Shown here piece after piece: positions 43,617 through 57,660 of a stretch of DNA of 64,000 nucleotides. Made by a program: the position numbers and the translations under genes. Source of the DNA: the human T2T-CHM13v2.0 reference genome, Homo sapiens; assembly GCF_009914755.1 (NCBI RefSeq), contig NC_060925.1, one strand, 5' to 3'. Numbering within the stretch: the first letter of the stretch is position 1; every line of letters starts with the position of its first letter. The notes beneath the pieces were generated by a model. The model was not told the DNA's origin and did not search any database. It worked only from the letters and a program-made list of their open reading frames with translations.

Positions 43617-43750
43617 TAGCTGGACATGGTGGTGTGCCTATCATCCCAGCAATTCAGGAGACTAAGAAGGGAGGATTGGTTGAGCCCAGGAATTCAAAGA
43701 TGCAGTGAGCTATGATCATACCACTGCAAACTAGCCTGGGCAACAGAGCT
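43617..43750 (+). mobile_element. FRAM/Alu right-arm monomer
   Basis: agctggacatggtggtg...gcagtgagctatgatc...agcctgggcaacagag. Confidence 0.8.
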
Positions 43751-43822
43751 GAAGTGAGCTACTGTCCCCAGCCCAGAATATTTTCAAAGTAATACAAGTC
43801 TGGATGAAAGTACAGGGTCTAG

Positions 43823-44082
43823 GGTTGGGTGTGGTAGCTCACGTCTTTCAACACTTGGAGGCTGAGGCAGGAGTTCAAGACCAGCCAGGGAAACATAGCA
43901 AGACCTCATCTCTACAAAAAATTTAAAAATTAGCCAGACGTGGTGCCATGTGCCTGTAGTCCTGCCTCAGGAAGATCACTTGATCCCAGGAGTTCAAGGT
44001 TACAGTGAGCCATGATCATGCCACTGCACTCCAGCCTGAACAACAGAGCAAGTCCCTGTCTCTAAAAATAGAACGAATGAAA
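43823..44082 (+). mobile_element. AluJ with internal deletions
   Basis: Two degenerate arms; TSD gaaagtac(a/g)gggtct. Confidence 0.85.
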
Positions 44083-44466
44083 GAAAGTACGGGGTCTTAC
44101 GTGAATTATAAATTATTGTCATTCTAAAAAGAACTCAAAGGAATGAGCTAACTGTTCTTCAGAATACCACGCATGTGTCTGTTAATAATTAGCCAAGCTA
44201 GGTGGGGACTACAAACGTTTAAGAATTGCTCAAAGATGAACAAGGTACAAGTGAGGAAAGGTGAGATGACAGCAGCAGTTCAATAGTTTGAACATAAAAC
44301 ATAAGACGGATTTGTTTTGAGATGGATTAATATCTTCAGATTTGGAGAACATACAAGTGAATACACACACATGAAGAAAAAAGTCAACAAAATGAGCAGA
44401 GTCTAGACTTGGACCAAGATCACAGCAGAGTATTTTCAAACATCATTCATTCATTCATTTTGTTAT

Positions 44467-44755
44467 TTTTTTTTTGAGCCTGGGACACTCTGTTGCCCAG
44501 GCTGGAGTGCAGTGGCACAATCACAGCTCCGTGCAGTCTTGACTTCCTGGGCTCAAGAGATCCTCCCACCTCAGCCTCCTGAGTAGCTGGTACCACTGGC
44601 GCATGCCATCATGCCAGGCTAATTTTTTTATTTTTTGTAGAGACAGGGTCTCCCTATGTTGCCCAGGCTGATCTCAAACTCCTAGGCTCAAAAGATCCTC
44701 CCACTTCAGCCTCCCAAACTGCTGGGATTACAGGTTTAAGTCATCATACCCAACC
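44467..44755 (-). mobile_element. AluJ, antisense to + strand
   Basis: Poly(T) and two arms. Confidence 0.92.
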
Positions 44756-45120
44756 TATTTTCAAACTCTTACACAGTACTCTTGAAACTTAAAAAAAAAA
44801 AAAAAAAAAAAAAGTAAACACAGCACCAAAAACTGCAGTTTCCTTTTCTTTAGTGACTTAAAGTAAAATTCTGTTTTATTTAAAATAATTCATGTTTCAA
44901 CCAAGCAAAAACTGAAAATAAAACCAAAATTTTTAAAAATAATTCATTAACCAATTATTTAATTAACTTATTCATGAAAAAAGGTTAATTTAAAACCACT
45001 ATAGAGAATTCCATTGTCAATATGGCTAGGTTACCTAAATTCACCCTACTCCTAAAAACAAATGAAAATCCTAAGATATAACACCATTTTAGAAGCAGTG
45101 ATGAGTCTCAAGAGATTTCA

Positions 45121-47215
<2,095 letters not shown>

Positions 47216-47218
47216 ATG

Positions 47219-47635
47219 AGCTGGGTGCAGTGGCTCACACATGTAATCCCAACACTGGGAGGCTGAGGCAGGAGGATCACTTGAGGCCAGGAGTTCAAAA
47301 CCAGCTTGGGCAATAGTGAGATGCTGTCTCAACAAAAAAAAAAAACTAGGCTGGGTACGGTGGCTCACACCTGTTATCCCAGCACTTTGGGAGGCCAAGG
47401 TGGGTGGATCACCTGAGGTTGGGGGTTCAAGACCAGCCTCGTCAACATGACAAAACTCTGTCTCTACTAAAAATACAATAATTAGCTGGGTGCCAGGTGT
47501 GGTGGCACATGCCTGTAATCCCAGCTACTCAGGAGGCTGAGGCTTGAGAATTGCTTGAACCTGGGAACTGGAGATTGCAGTGAGCTGAGATTGTACCACT
47601 GCACTCCAGCCTGGGCAAGAGAGTGAGACTCTGTC

Positions 47636-47669
<34 letters not shown>

Positions 47670-47995
47670 AAAAACAGCTGGGCATGGTGGCATGCACCTA
47701 GCTACTCAGGCAGGAGGATTCCTTGAGCCTAGGCATTTGAAGTTGCAATCAGCTATGATTGTGCCACTGCACACCAGCCTGGGCAACAGAGTGAGACTCT
47801 GTCTCAAAAATAAATAAATAAATAAAAATAAATAAAAATAGCTGGGCATGGTGGCATGTGCCTAGCTACTCAGAAGGCTGAGGCAAGAGGAGTCCTTGAG
47901 CCTAGGCATTCAAGGTTGCAGTTAGCTATGATTGTGCATACCAGCCTGGGCAGGTGAGACTGTCTTAAAAGAAAACAAAACAAGAAACAACAAGA
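47219..47995 (+). mobile_element. Composite: AluJ left arm, inserted AluS (47349-47665), two tandem right arms
   Basis: Arm-by-arm reading; outer flanks agaataaataaa/agaataagtaaa resemble a TSD. Confidence 0.85.
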
Positions 47996-48509
47996 ATAAG
48001 TAAACTAAGAAAGATTATCAGATACATAGTCAAAATAAAAGTAATAATGAGCTCACTAGCAATTAAAAAGTTACTGGCCAAAGATGTAAGCAGAACTCAG
48101 AGACAAAGTTTAGGAAATCTGAAATTTGAAAAGTTAAGGCCAAGATGTTCTGAAGGCAACTTGACCTTCTGGCTGCCAGGACCTCACAGGGCATTTGGAA
48201 TAGAAATAAAAGCAAAGGATCTTCCTCAAGTGGGGAAGGTCTTCATTTTTTTTTTTTTCTTTAGACCTCCTCTGTGGACAGTGGGGAAGGTCTTCAAAGA
48301 GAACCTCACAGAAGAACCACAGAAGGCTATACCCTCATTTTAAAAGTAAACTGTAATACATGACTTCCCTTCACACTCTTCCCTGCACCTGCACCCCCGA
48401 CCCCACTCTAGCCTAGGAGCCTATAAGGAAAACTACCTAACTGAAATCTTAATACTGAGAAGAGGGGAGGAGAAAATGAATAGCTGCTGAGAATATAGTC
48501 CAGTTTATA

Positions 48510-50260
48510 GGTTTTTTTTTCCTTTTAATGCTTTTGTGTCCTATTCAATAAATCTTTGCCAAACCCAAGTTATGAAGACATTTTGTCTTTTAAAGGCAAT
48601 AAAATGTTACTCTTTGTATTTACATCTATAATTCAACTGATTTTTGCATATAAGATCAGGTCAAGATTCATTTTATTCTATGTGCGTTTCCAGCTGACCC
48701 ATTATTATTTATTGAAAAAACCCTCCTTTCCTCCATTGTACCTAAGTGTCACCTTTGTTATAAATCAGATGATCAGGTATGTGAGAAGCTGTTTCTGAAC
48801 TCCAGCCCATTCCACTAATCTATTTGTCTATCTTCATACCATTATCACACTGTCTTAATTACCATAGCTTTATAATAAGCTATAATTCTATAAAGTCCTC
48901 TAAATTTATGAATTTTCTTCAATACTGCCTTGGCTAATCGACATAAATGTTAGTATCAACTTGTCAATTTTAACACATAACTCCAGCCAAAATTTATGAC
49001 TAGGATTATATGGCTCTATATCAATTTGAAGACAATTATCTTCACAATGAGTCTTTCAATCCATAAACATGATGTAGTTCTTCACTTATTTAGGTCTTTA
49101 ATTTCTCTTAGATTGTACAGTGTTCAGAGTAGAAGTCTTACATATCTTTCAAATTTATTCCTATTTGATGTTTTTTAATGCTACTCAAATAGATCAAGAA
49201 ATTCATAAATAATTAAGCACAAGAAACACAAAAGAAAAAGAGATTCTAAGAGACATGAAGAAGAGAATATGATGGTCTCACATCTATTTAACTGAAATCC
49301 CAGAAAATAAGTGAAATAACAGAAAATAAGACAAAAAGAATATCTGATAAGATTAATAGATGAGATTTTTCCAAAATAAAAGACACTAGCCCACACATCC
49401 AAGAGTCCCAAAGACTACTAAGCAAAATAAATGTAAAGAAATAAATCACATATCCTGGTAAAACTGCAAAAATAATGACAAATGAAGATCTTAAAAGCAG
49501 CAGTAAAGACATTACTTTCAAAGAAGCAACAGTTAAAATAGGAGGTGATTTCTCATTGGAAATAACAAAAGCGAGGAAATAACAGAATACCATTTTCAAC
49601 TGGGGAGGTCGGGGGTGCTGCCAACACAAAATTTTATACCCATCAAAAATACATCCCCAAATGTAAGTTCAATAAAGGTATTTCCAGACCAACAAAATCT
49701 GAGATAGTGTAAATCAGAAAACCTCCCTAAAGGAAAATCTAAATGATATCGTTTAGGAAAAAAATAATCCTGGATGGGAGGTCTCAGAGGCATAAAGAAA
49801 TGTTAGGCACAGAAAATGGTAAACATATGAGTAAAACTTTAACAAACACTGACCTTATAAACTATAAAATCCTAAAGGCTTTAAGAAGACATTAAAAAAG
49901 TTAAAACACACAAAGGAGTAAAGTCTTCTAAGATCCTCATATTATTCAGGAAGAAGGTACAGCTATTAGTTAAATTTCATTTTGGATAAGGTAAGTATGC
50001 ATGTTAAAATGCATAGTATAACCACTGAAAGATTAAAAACAGAGTAAACAACTTCCAAACTTGCAGAGTTGGAGGAAAAAAGGAAAGAAACAGGAAGAAA
50101 AAACTAGCAAGTCAACTCAAAAGAAGGCCACAAAGAAAAGGACACACATAGAACAAATAAGAAGCACAAAGTAATAACATACATCCATTCCAAATCTGTT
50201 AGCAATCAACATTAATTATAAATGAACTCAACTATATCAAATAGAAGACAAAAGCAGGCT
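48510..50260. mobile_element. Old L1M fragments in both orientations (about 48510-49175 minus, about 49190-50260 plus)
   Basis: T-rich antisense ORF2-like block followed by A-rich ORF1/inter-ORF-like block; boundaries approximate. Confidence 0.55.
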
Positions 50261-50569
50261 GGATTTTAAATGTTTAAAGTAAATTTTTTAAAAAATCATA
50301 GAGACCAAATTAACTGAACATAAGGGAATTAACCTAGAAATCACATTAAGAAAAATGTTAGAAGATTTTTTTAAAACTCTATCAAAATATCATCTATTAA
50401 CAGAACCAGAGAAATTCATCCAGAGATGTTAAGCGGCTTACGTTCAAGCAGTAGGATTCGGGGAACGTGGAAGGCACTCTTTGATGCCCCCTTTAAATGT
50501 CTCTGATGCCTGACTGCATCAGGCACCATTTTTTTTTACCTGATAGAAATCATATAGTTCAAAATTCTG

Positions 50570-50866
50570 GGCCAGGTACAGTGGCTCACACCTGTAATCC
50601 CAGCACTTGGGGAGGTGGAGGTGAGTGGATCACTTGAGCTCAGGAGTTCCAGATCAGGCCTGGGCAACATGGCAAAACTCCATCTCTACAAAAAATACAA
50701 AAATTGGCCGGGCGTGGTACCGCACACCTGTAGTCCCAGCAACTCGGGAGGCTGAGGTAGGAGAATCACCTGAGCCTGAGAGGTTGAGGCTGCAGTGAGC
50801 ACTGTTCACACCACTGCACTCCAGCCAGGGTGACAGAGGGAGACAGTCTCGAAAAAAAAAAAAAAA
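50570..50866 (+). mobile_element. Full-length AluJ
   Basis: Two arms, poly(A), TSD aaaattctg. Confidence 0.93.
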
Positions 50867-51559
50867 ATTCTGACTTACTATTTTTACACTAATGTAACAA
50901 CTGCTGACCTCAACAAATTCAACAAACATTGTATCATGAGTCTTATTTTCAGGTTTTTCTTCTATTTCTCTAGTTATCTCTGGGTTAAGAATACATTCAC
51001 TTCACCATCTAGTACTAAACCCCAACACAAAAATGGATTAGGATTTTATAGACCACTTTCAATTTCAAAATGCTCCACCACTGGTATTTCTAGCCATATG
51101 CATATATTTGCTATGTCTTATTTCTCCTTTACCTTACAAACATGCTGAACAAGGAGCGCTTCTAGGACACCTAATACGTATACCTAAATGTTGAGCCTCC
51201 AGCGGTGCCATTTGTAAAGAGGATGCCATATATTGAGTGTACAGATATTGATGAAACTGGAAAGATTTGAGTAAGGAAGACATGTTTTTATGACAATCAC
51301 TTTACAGTTACTAAGATATTTAGAGGAGCCTTAAGAGAAATACCACTTTCTATTCTCTCCGTAATTAATATAATTCGAAGACAAAGACAGACCTAGAGCA
51401 CTTCCTAAGACTTTAAACTGTTTCAGAAGTTTACACCTTTATATTTCAAAAGAAATATGCTGTTATCACTACTCTACCTCCTGCAATTGATCAGTCCTAC
51501 TATTCCTGAAATAGTCTCAGATAGGCAAGCCTCTTAACTGTGAAGGACTAGGTCTTGAC

Positions 51560-51734
51560 CTGTTGCTAGTGTGGACATCTCCTTCAGTTTCTCCTTCTCC
51601 TTCTCCCTCGGAGCCATCTCCCTCCTGGTGCCCAGTGGTGGTGCTGATGGCTCCAGTGCTTGAGCTGACACTTCCTGGTCCAGCCGGATGCCCCTCAGCT
51701 GTAGCATCGCCATAAGCACTGCTCCGGCCAGATA
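51560..51734 (-). CDS. UBR4: UBR4 exon, 175 nt (VSGRSSAY...GEGETEGDVHTSN)
   Basis: tag|...|gtcaa, phase 1-2. Confidence 0.94.
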
Positions 51735-52635
51735 CTAGAGGGAAATGGTTTAAAAAGCACAAATCAACTCCCAAAGCATGAAGGAACCCAGTGCATTCTA
51801 AAGCAGCAGCAATAGTTAAGACAGTAACTGATAGCATTAGACAATAACTGGTAGCATTTTTGTCTTATATGTAAAGCTAAGTAAGACCCCACAGCACTAT
51901 GTTAAATCACTCTCACAGTAGCCATTCACCCTTCCCCAGTATGTAAGACCCACCTATATGAATGATCTTAATCTCAGATGCTAATACATTTCTATCTCAT
52001 ACTTCAGAGGAAACATACACTGATAGGGGAATCTAGAAATTATCAGCTGCTCTTCATCTCCTCTGTAAAAATTGTATCCAGTTGCTAACCACAGACTGAT
52101 ATGGAAGGTCAAACCAAAATGGCTTTGTCATGTTCCCTCATTCTAGAGCCCCACCTCATCAGCTAGTAGACTGTGGGGATGGTCTGCTATGTTAACACAT
52201 CAGATCATTAACAATAAGATCGCTTAAAAAAAAACCCTTCCCCAAATAAATGAGGAGAAACCATAGGATAATGGGTTTCAAGGTCACATAATAACTGTTT
52301 TAGGCTAATCATGACTTATAATTATGCATATTATCGCAGTTTCAGAGAGGAAAAAAAAGACTTACGCATGTCATTGCTTTTTTTCCACTAACAGATAATT
52401 AGTAAATATCTGTAAAATATTTCAATACTAACCCCCTGAGCTTAAGCCACTAAACATTTGAAACTCGAAAACTGAGGCCAAATGAATTCCACAAGACTTT
52501 CAGAGAGTCCACAAGACTTTCAATGAGTCTCTATACCTTTTCTTTGCAAAAACCAACCCCAAGACCCAAGCAGAGATTCCTGTTTTGTCCCCACCCTCTG
52601 CCCAAGGAGACAGGACCCCCGCCATGGCACATTAC

Positions 52636-52773
52636 CACTGTGCTCGCCAGCCACTGAGTCCACTGCACTGCCCCCGCTCTCCGAGCCCACACTACCACCG
52701 TGGTCAGCAGGAGAGGTCCGAAGGGTAGAACCATCTGTCGCTGCTGTACTGCCCTCGTCGTCTGAGGCTGGAG
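52636..52773 (-). CDS. UBR4: UBR4 exon, 138 nt (APASDDEG...AGEHS)
   Basis: cag|...|gtaat, phase 1-1. Confidence 0.93.
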
Positions 52774-52803
52774 CTGAGAGAGTAACGAGAGCTGTTACAG
52801 GTT

Positions 52804-52844
52804 AAAAAACAAACAAACAAACAAACAAACAAAAAACAAAAAAA
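52804..52844. repeat. (AAAC)n tract, reading UUUG-rich on the transcript just upstream of an acceptor
   Basis: Direct observation. Confidence 0.9.
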
Positions 52845-54339
52845 ACCCCTCCTTGGGATGAAAGCATCAAACCACATAGTGCATAGGACACAATGCAGTT
52901 TATATATCCTGTCGTCAAAGAAAAAAGGGAGAGATTTGCTTTGCTGGTTAATCACTAACAGGAACAAACACTATACACGGTGCATTGCAAACAGTACTTA
53001 GACAGGAGTGAAGAAAACCCAGTTCACTGGGTATTTCCTTCACTGTTTTACATTACAGTGCAAGTAGAACAGTGCAGAGATTCAGTAAGAATCTGTGACA
53101 TGGACGCTGAGTTTTCTAGCTAAAATGCTTCATGGTCACCATTGTTTAGGTGTTACTGACACCTGCTGAGAGATCTGAAACTAGCCATTACCATTCAAAG
53201 CATAGAACTCTGAATTTTAATGAGACTTGTTTTGAAATCAGTCAAGTTTTGCTTATGTTAGGAAATCACTTAGCATGAGCTCTTGAATCAACCCTGTTTT
53301 GGTTTTTTTAGCAAGTGGTCCAGAGGGGAGCTCATTGGGAAATTTCACACCTCCTAATCATCCTCATCAGATGCTAATAATGAAGCAAGGAAATTCCCCA
53401 GAGACAGCCACAGCATCCAGGATCAGGGCTGAGCTGAGACAGGAGGAAAATGCTGGATGAGATACATGGGGGAGGAAAGCCAAGACAGCCACAGAGCACA
53501 GCGGGAACACGACTGGCACAACACAACAGCAACCTCAGAGCCTGAAATGACAGCAACTAAAGAGACCTAAGAAAAGCAACAAGCCATGGCAGCAGGTGGG
53601 GCCAGCCGCTCTCTCCCTTTCTTAACTACCCAGGCTAAAACTTCCAAAAGAAAAGAAAAAAAACAAACACAAGGAAGCATCAGTCTAAAAAACTATAAAT
53701 CAACCCTTAAATTACTCAGGGGTTGACCAGGTATCTCCATTTGGTCCAACTCTCTATTCAGGAAACATTTTTTTTTTTTAATCAGATTAGGGAAAAGATT
53801 GAAAATAAAGAGAAGATGAGTTCTGGAGATTTGCTATAGATTTTAATTGTCCATAAAAACCCTCTCTCTCAAGCTCACAGATCCTGATGGTTGGTCACAC
53901 TGAACAAGAATTCTGAAGTATAATCTAGCTTCTTATAGCTCTCCTTTTATTTGCAAATGAAGATAAAAAAGGTAAAAGGTATGAGTTCTATTTCTTGTCT
54001 CTCTTTTAATACTGTCTAAAATGTTAGAACTCTGACAAAGAACGCTGGAAGCTGAAGTGGAAGCCCTGTAGCTGATCAGCCTGCATGCCGCTCTCTCGGC
54101 TTTTCCGTGGGGAAGTAGCTGAAGCCAGGCAGCATGCAAAGTGTGAGGAAGCGGAGCTGTGCGCGGCGGGGCCGAGCCACAGCACTACACCCTCCACACC
54201 CATCTTTCTAAAGCCAAGGCAGAAGCAGGAAGTCCAGAATGGCCTGTCAAAGCAGCTGCCCATTACACTCTCACAGCAGTGGAAACAAGGCCTGAGGGTC
54301 CTGGGGCCCTGAGCCGTGCTCCTTGCTGTGGACAGTTAC

Positions 54340-54444
54340 CTGATGCTGTGGTGTCAGAGAGGGTTCCTGCGTCCAGAGAGGAAGAGCTGGGTGCCTGGCC
54401 GGACAGTCCCAGGCTCTGCAGGCCCAGGGCACTGCTGCTGCTGC
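54340..54444 (-). CDS. UBR4: UBR4 exon, 105 nt (GSSSSALG...DTTAS); symmetric, possibly skippable
   Basis: cag|...|gtaac, phase 1-1. Confidence 0.92.
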
Positions 54445-54898
54445 CTGGGAAACAAGTGGAGAGTGAGCACAACATCCCCTCCAGGTCCCATCCACAGCGC
54501 TGCTTTGGCCACCTGCTGCCCTCAAGAGTCTCCAAACACCAGCATGTGACCCCCTCTGGCCTAGAGGAAGTTAGCTAGCAGCCACTGCTGTCCACCCACC
54601 AAGTTCAGTTACAGAGATGGTGGAATGCTTCCTTCAGCTCAGGCAGGACACAGGCTGGAGGAATCTAAGATTCAAGAGGAAATAACCCAAACTGGCAGAA
54701 ACTATGAGATTGGCACTCAGACTGAAATTCCCACCACATCCCTCTCACTCTCCACCTGTATCTCTGAACAGCTCTCACCCAGATCAACCTCTCCCCATAT
54801 CTGGGGACAAACTAAGTCAGCTGGATATCAGTAACTGCCAAACCCTCTTTTCCTGTGCAAGGCCAATGGGCCGCTTTGTTCTTGGCATGGCCTTCTAC

Positions 54899-55076
54899 CT
54901 TGTTGGTCCTGCTGCAGGCTCAGGGCAATGGCTAGTTCAACCATGGTCTCGTCATCTGCATCAGGTGGGATGTCCAGCATGGGGGGGAAGCCCTCTGCGC
55001 CTGCCAGCAGGGCCTCCAGGGGAGAGGGGTTGCCATTGTTGACATTTTCAGCTGTCTCCAGGACCATCGACTCAGA
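54899..55076 (-). CDS. UBR4: UBR4 exon, 178 nt (SESMVLET...ELAIALSLQQDQQ)
   Basis: cag|...|gtaga, phase 0-1. Confidence 0.95.
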
Positions 55077-55198
55077 CTGCAGAGAGAAAGCTCTGTCAGT
55101 GTCCCATGGTAAGTGGTAACTTTTGGAAGTCCACTGAATAAGAGCTAGAGGAGAGTTGTGAAGCTCCTCCTCCCCTTCTCCTGCTGCCAGAGACTCAC

Positions 55199-55329
55199 CA
55201 CCATCTCAAAATCTCCATGGTCCACCTCACTCTGTTCCTGGCTTTCCTGACGGATGTGACCACCATTCGGGATCCCTGATGACTGCATTTTCTCATCTGC
55301 ATCATCATCGTCATCATCATCCTTGTCTC
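55199..55329 (-). CDS. UBR4: UBR4 exon, 131 nt (GDKDDDDDDDADEK...DFEMV; poly-Asp)
   Basis: cag|...|gtgag, phase 1-0. Confidence 0.94.
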
Positions 55330-56393
55330 CTGAGTCAAAGAAACCCCAGTCACCTGAAGGTGCTTGCTTTCCTCCCTTGGCACATGGTGCCATAAGTCAG
55401 GTGGCAACAAAAACCCAAGACAAGCTACCAGCTAGCACCCTGGGCTTTAGCGGGAGAACTCCGGGGTGCTATGCCTGGCCTTGTTCTCTTACTTCTTGGA
55501 CCTACAGCATCTGGGAAGATGGAGTTGGCTGCGACAGCTTGCCCCCCACAAAAATAAAATGTTCCAGCTGGTGAAGGAAACAAACTTGGATTCCAAAGGG
55601 ATTTCCATAAAGGTGAGAGATCTAAAACCAGTAGGCCTCCCAAACTCACGCTAACTCTCAGGAGACCTTGGATAAGACAGGAAAAATCATATGATTGGGA
55701 TCTTTACCTTTTGTCTGTCATGGCAGATTAGAATTTATTTCACTATTTTTTTCTAAAACAACTAGGTCAGTGAGATTTTCACACTACGTAATTACTATGA
55801 GAAGAACCAGAATTGAAGTGTAAAACCATTGACTGGAAACCAAGGACACCACTGCAGGTCCTGCCTGTGCCCACTTTTGTGTGAAGGTGAGAAGGCCTTC
55901 TAATAAGGAAGATGTCCAGGTGAGACTCCTAATTGTCAGAAGAGGATAGAGACCTCACCTTCCACTCGATGGATTGCTAAAGCTTGTAAATATGTCCGTT
56001 AGAAACATAAACTATCTCCACTCTAGGTTCTTGCTAGGGAAAAGAGCCACAAACTGCTGCCTAACCCAAAAGCTTAGGCAAGATAAATGATATGCAAGGA
56101 AGATTTTCTGAAAGTCACAAAGTTGTGTACAATCCTCTAGATGTGCACTGTCCACCAGCCACATGTGACTACTGAGCACTTAAAACATGGCTGTCTAAAA
56201 GGAGATGTGCCACTAGTGTAAAATACATTCTGGATTCCCAAAATGGTACCAAAACAGGCAAAATATTTCACTAATAAATTTTTTATATTGACAAGATGTA
56301 GATATAATATTTGATATACTGGATTAAATAATTAGTAAATCAATTTTACTTTTTACTCTTTATAATATTGCTATTAGAAAATTTAAAAGTACA

Positions 56394-56645
56394 GGCCGAG
56401 CAGTGGCTCGCGCCTATAATCCTAGCACTTTGGGAGGCCGAGGCGGGCGGATCATTTGAGGTCAGGAGTTCGAGACCAGCTTGGCCAACATGGTGAAACC
56501 CTGTCTCTACTAAAAATACAAAAATTAGCTGGGCACGGTGGCACGCGCCTATAATCCCAGCTACTAGGGAGGCAGAGATTGCAGTGAGCTGAGATGGCAC
56601 CATTGCACTCTAGCCTTGGTGACACAGTGAGACTCTGAAAAAAGA
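56394..56645 (+). mobile_element. AluS with an internal right-arm deletion
   Basis: Perfect 18-bp TSD agaaaatttaaaagtaca at 56376-56393 and 56865-56882. Confidence 0.92.
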
Positions 56646-56646
56646 C

Positions 56647-56797
56647 GAGAGAGAGAGAGAAAGAAAGAAAGAGAAAAGAAAAAAAGAAAAGAAAAGAAAG
56701 AAGGAAGGGAAAGGAAAGGAAGGAAGGAAGAAAAAAGAAAGAAAGGAAGGAAGGAAGGAAGGAAAGAAAGGAAGGAAGGAAGGAAGGAAGGAAGGAA

Positions 56798-56867
<70 letters not shown>

Positions 56868-56870
56868 AAA
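56647..56870. repeat. Compound (GA)/(AAAG)/(AAGG) microsatellite derived from the Alu tail
   Basis: About 224 nt of pure purine lying inside the Alu TSD. Confidence 0.95.
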
Positions 56871-57003
56871 TTTAAAAGTACATAGTGACTTTCATTTGAA
56901 ATTTACTTCTAAATCAAGCCAAGTAACCAGAATTATATAATTCTGTTATTCAGACACCTTTTAGAATTGCTTTTACTGAATCGTAAAATGTTATGCCCTT
57001 GAC

Positions 57004-57040
57004 TGTATTGTGTATTGTGTATTGTGTACTGTGTATTGTG
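57004..57040. repeat. (TGTATTG) x5 heptamer repeat
   Basis: Direct observation; one unit carries a substitution. Confidence 0.85.
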
Positions 57041-57462
57041 AGGGAAATTCCTGTGAAATTTGCTATCCAACTTATTGTAGGTAAGTCCACTAAGGATTCT
57101 GCCCCTTTGGCAACAAAATGGACATTTAATGAAGAGCTTCTATCCCAAGAAAAGTTATGTTTCTGTTTTGTCTTTGGTCACTGTGATTTTATTTTTGCTA
57201 TGGCTCTTAGGAAGCTTTCAGCCAAATATAAGACCCTCGCTTACCAACCATGCAGGACCTTTGTGATGTGAATTTTCTGTATTTTGATTTTACTATGGTA
57301 CTTTTATTTTCCCATGGCCTTTAATCTTTATTTTTATCCTACTTACTATATACATTTTGATGTGCCACCTAAATTCTTTATGGGGTGAGGTAGGATTAGA
57401 AAAAAGACAGATACATAAAGTCTCCAGGACCTTGGTCAACATGAGCAGCATGCCCAATGCTA

Positions 57463-57660
<198 letters not shown>

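Larger units (their letters stand above)
56142..56900 (+). mobile_element. MER33-type hAT non-autonomous element split by an Alu insertion
   Basis: gcactgtcca..agccacatgtgactactgagcactt..gagatgtgc..gtgtaaaatac matches the MER33 consensus as I recall it; element resumes after the Alu TSD. Confidence 0.7.

Noticed and set aside
52488-52529. Short tandem duplications (tccacaagactttca x2 here; gtgagcccaaa-like x3 at about 31549-31577)
   Set aside because: Ordinary slippage duplications without spacers; not array-like.
53625-53690. Strong U tract followed by AG and a nearby GT (possible 5- or 11-nt microexon)
   Set aside because: Neither length preserves frame and the donor (G|GTAGTT) is weak.
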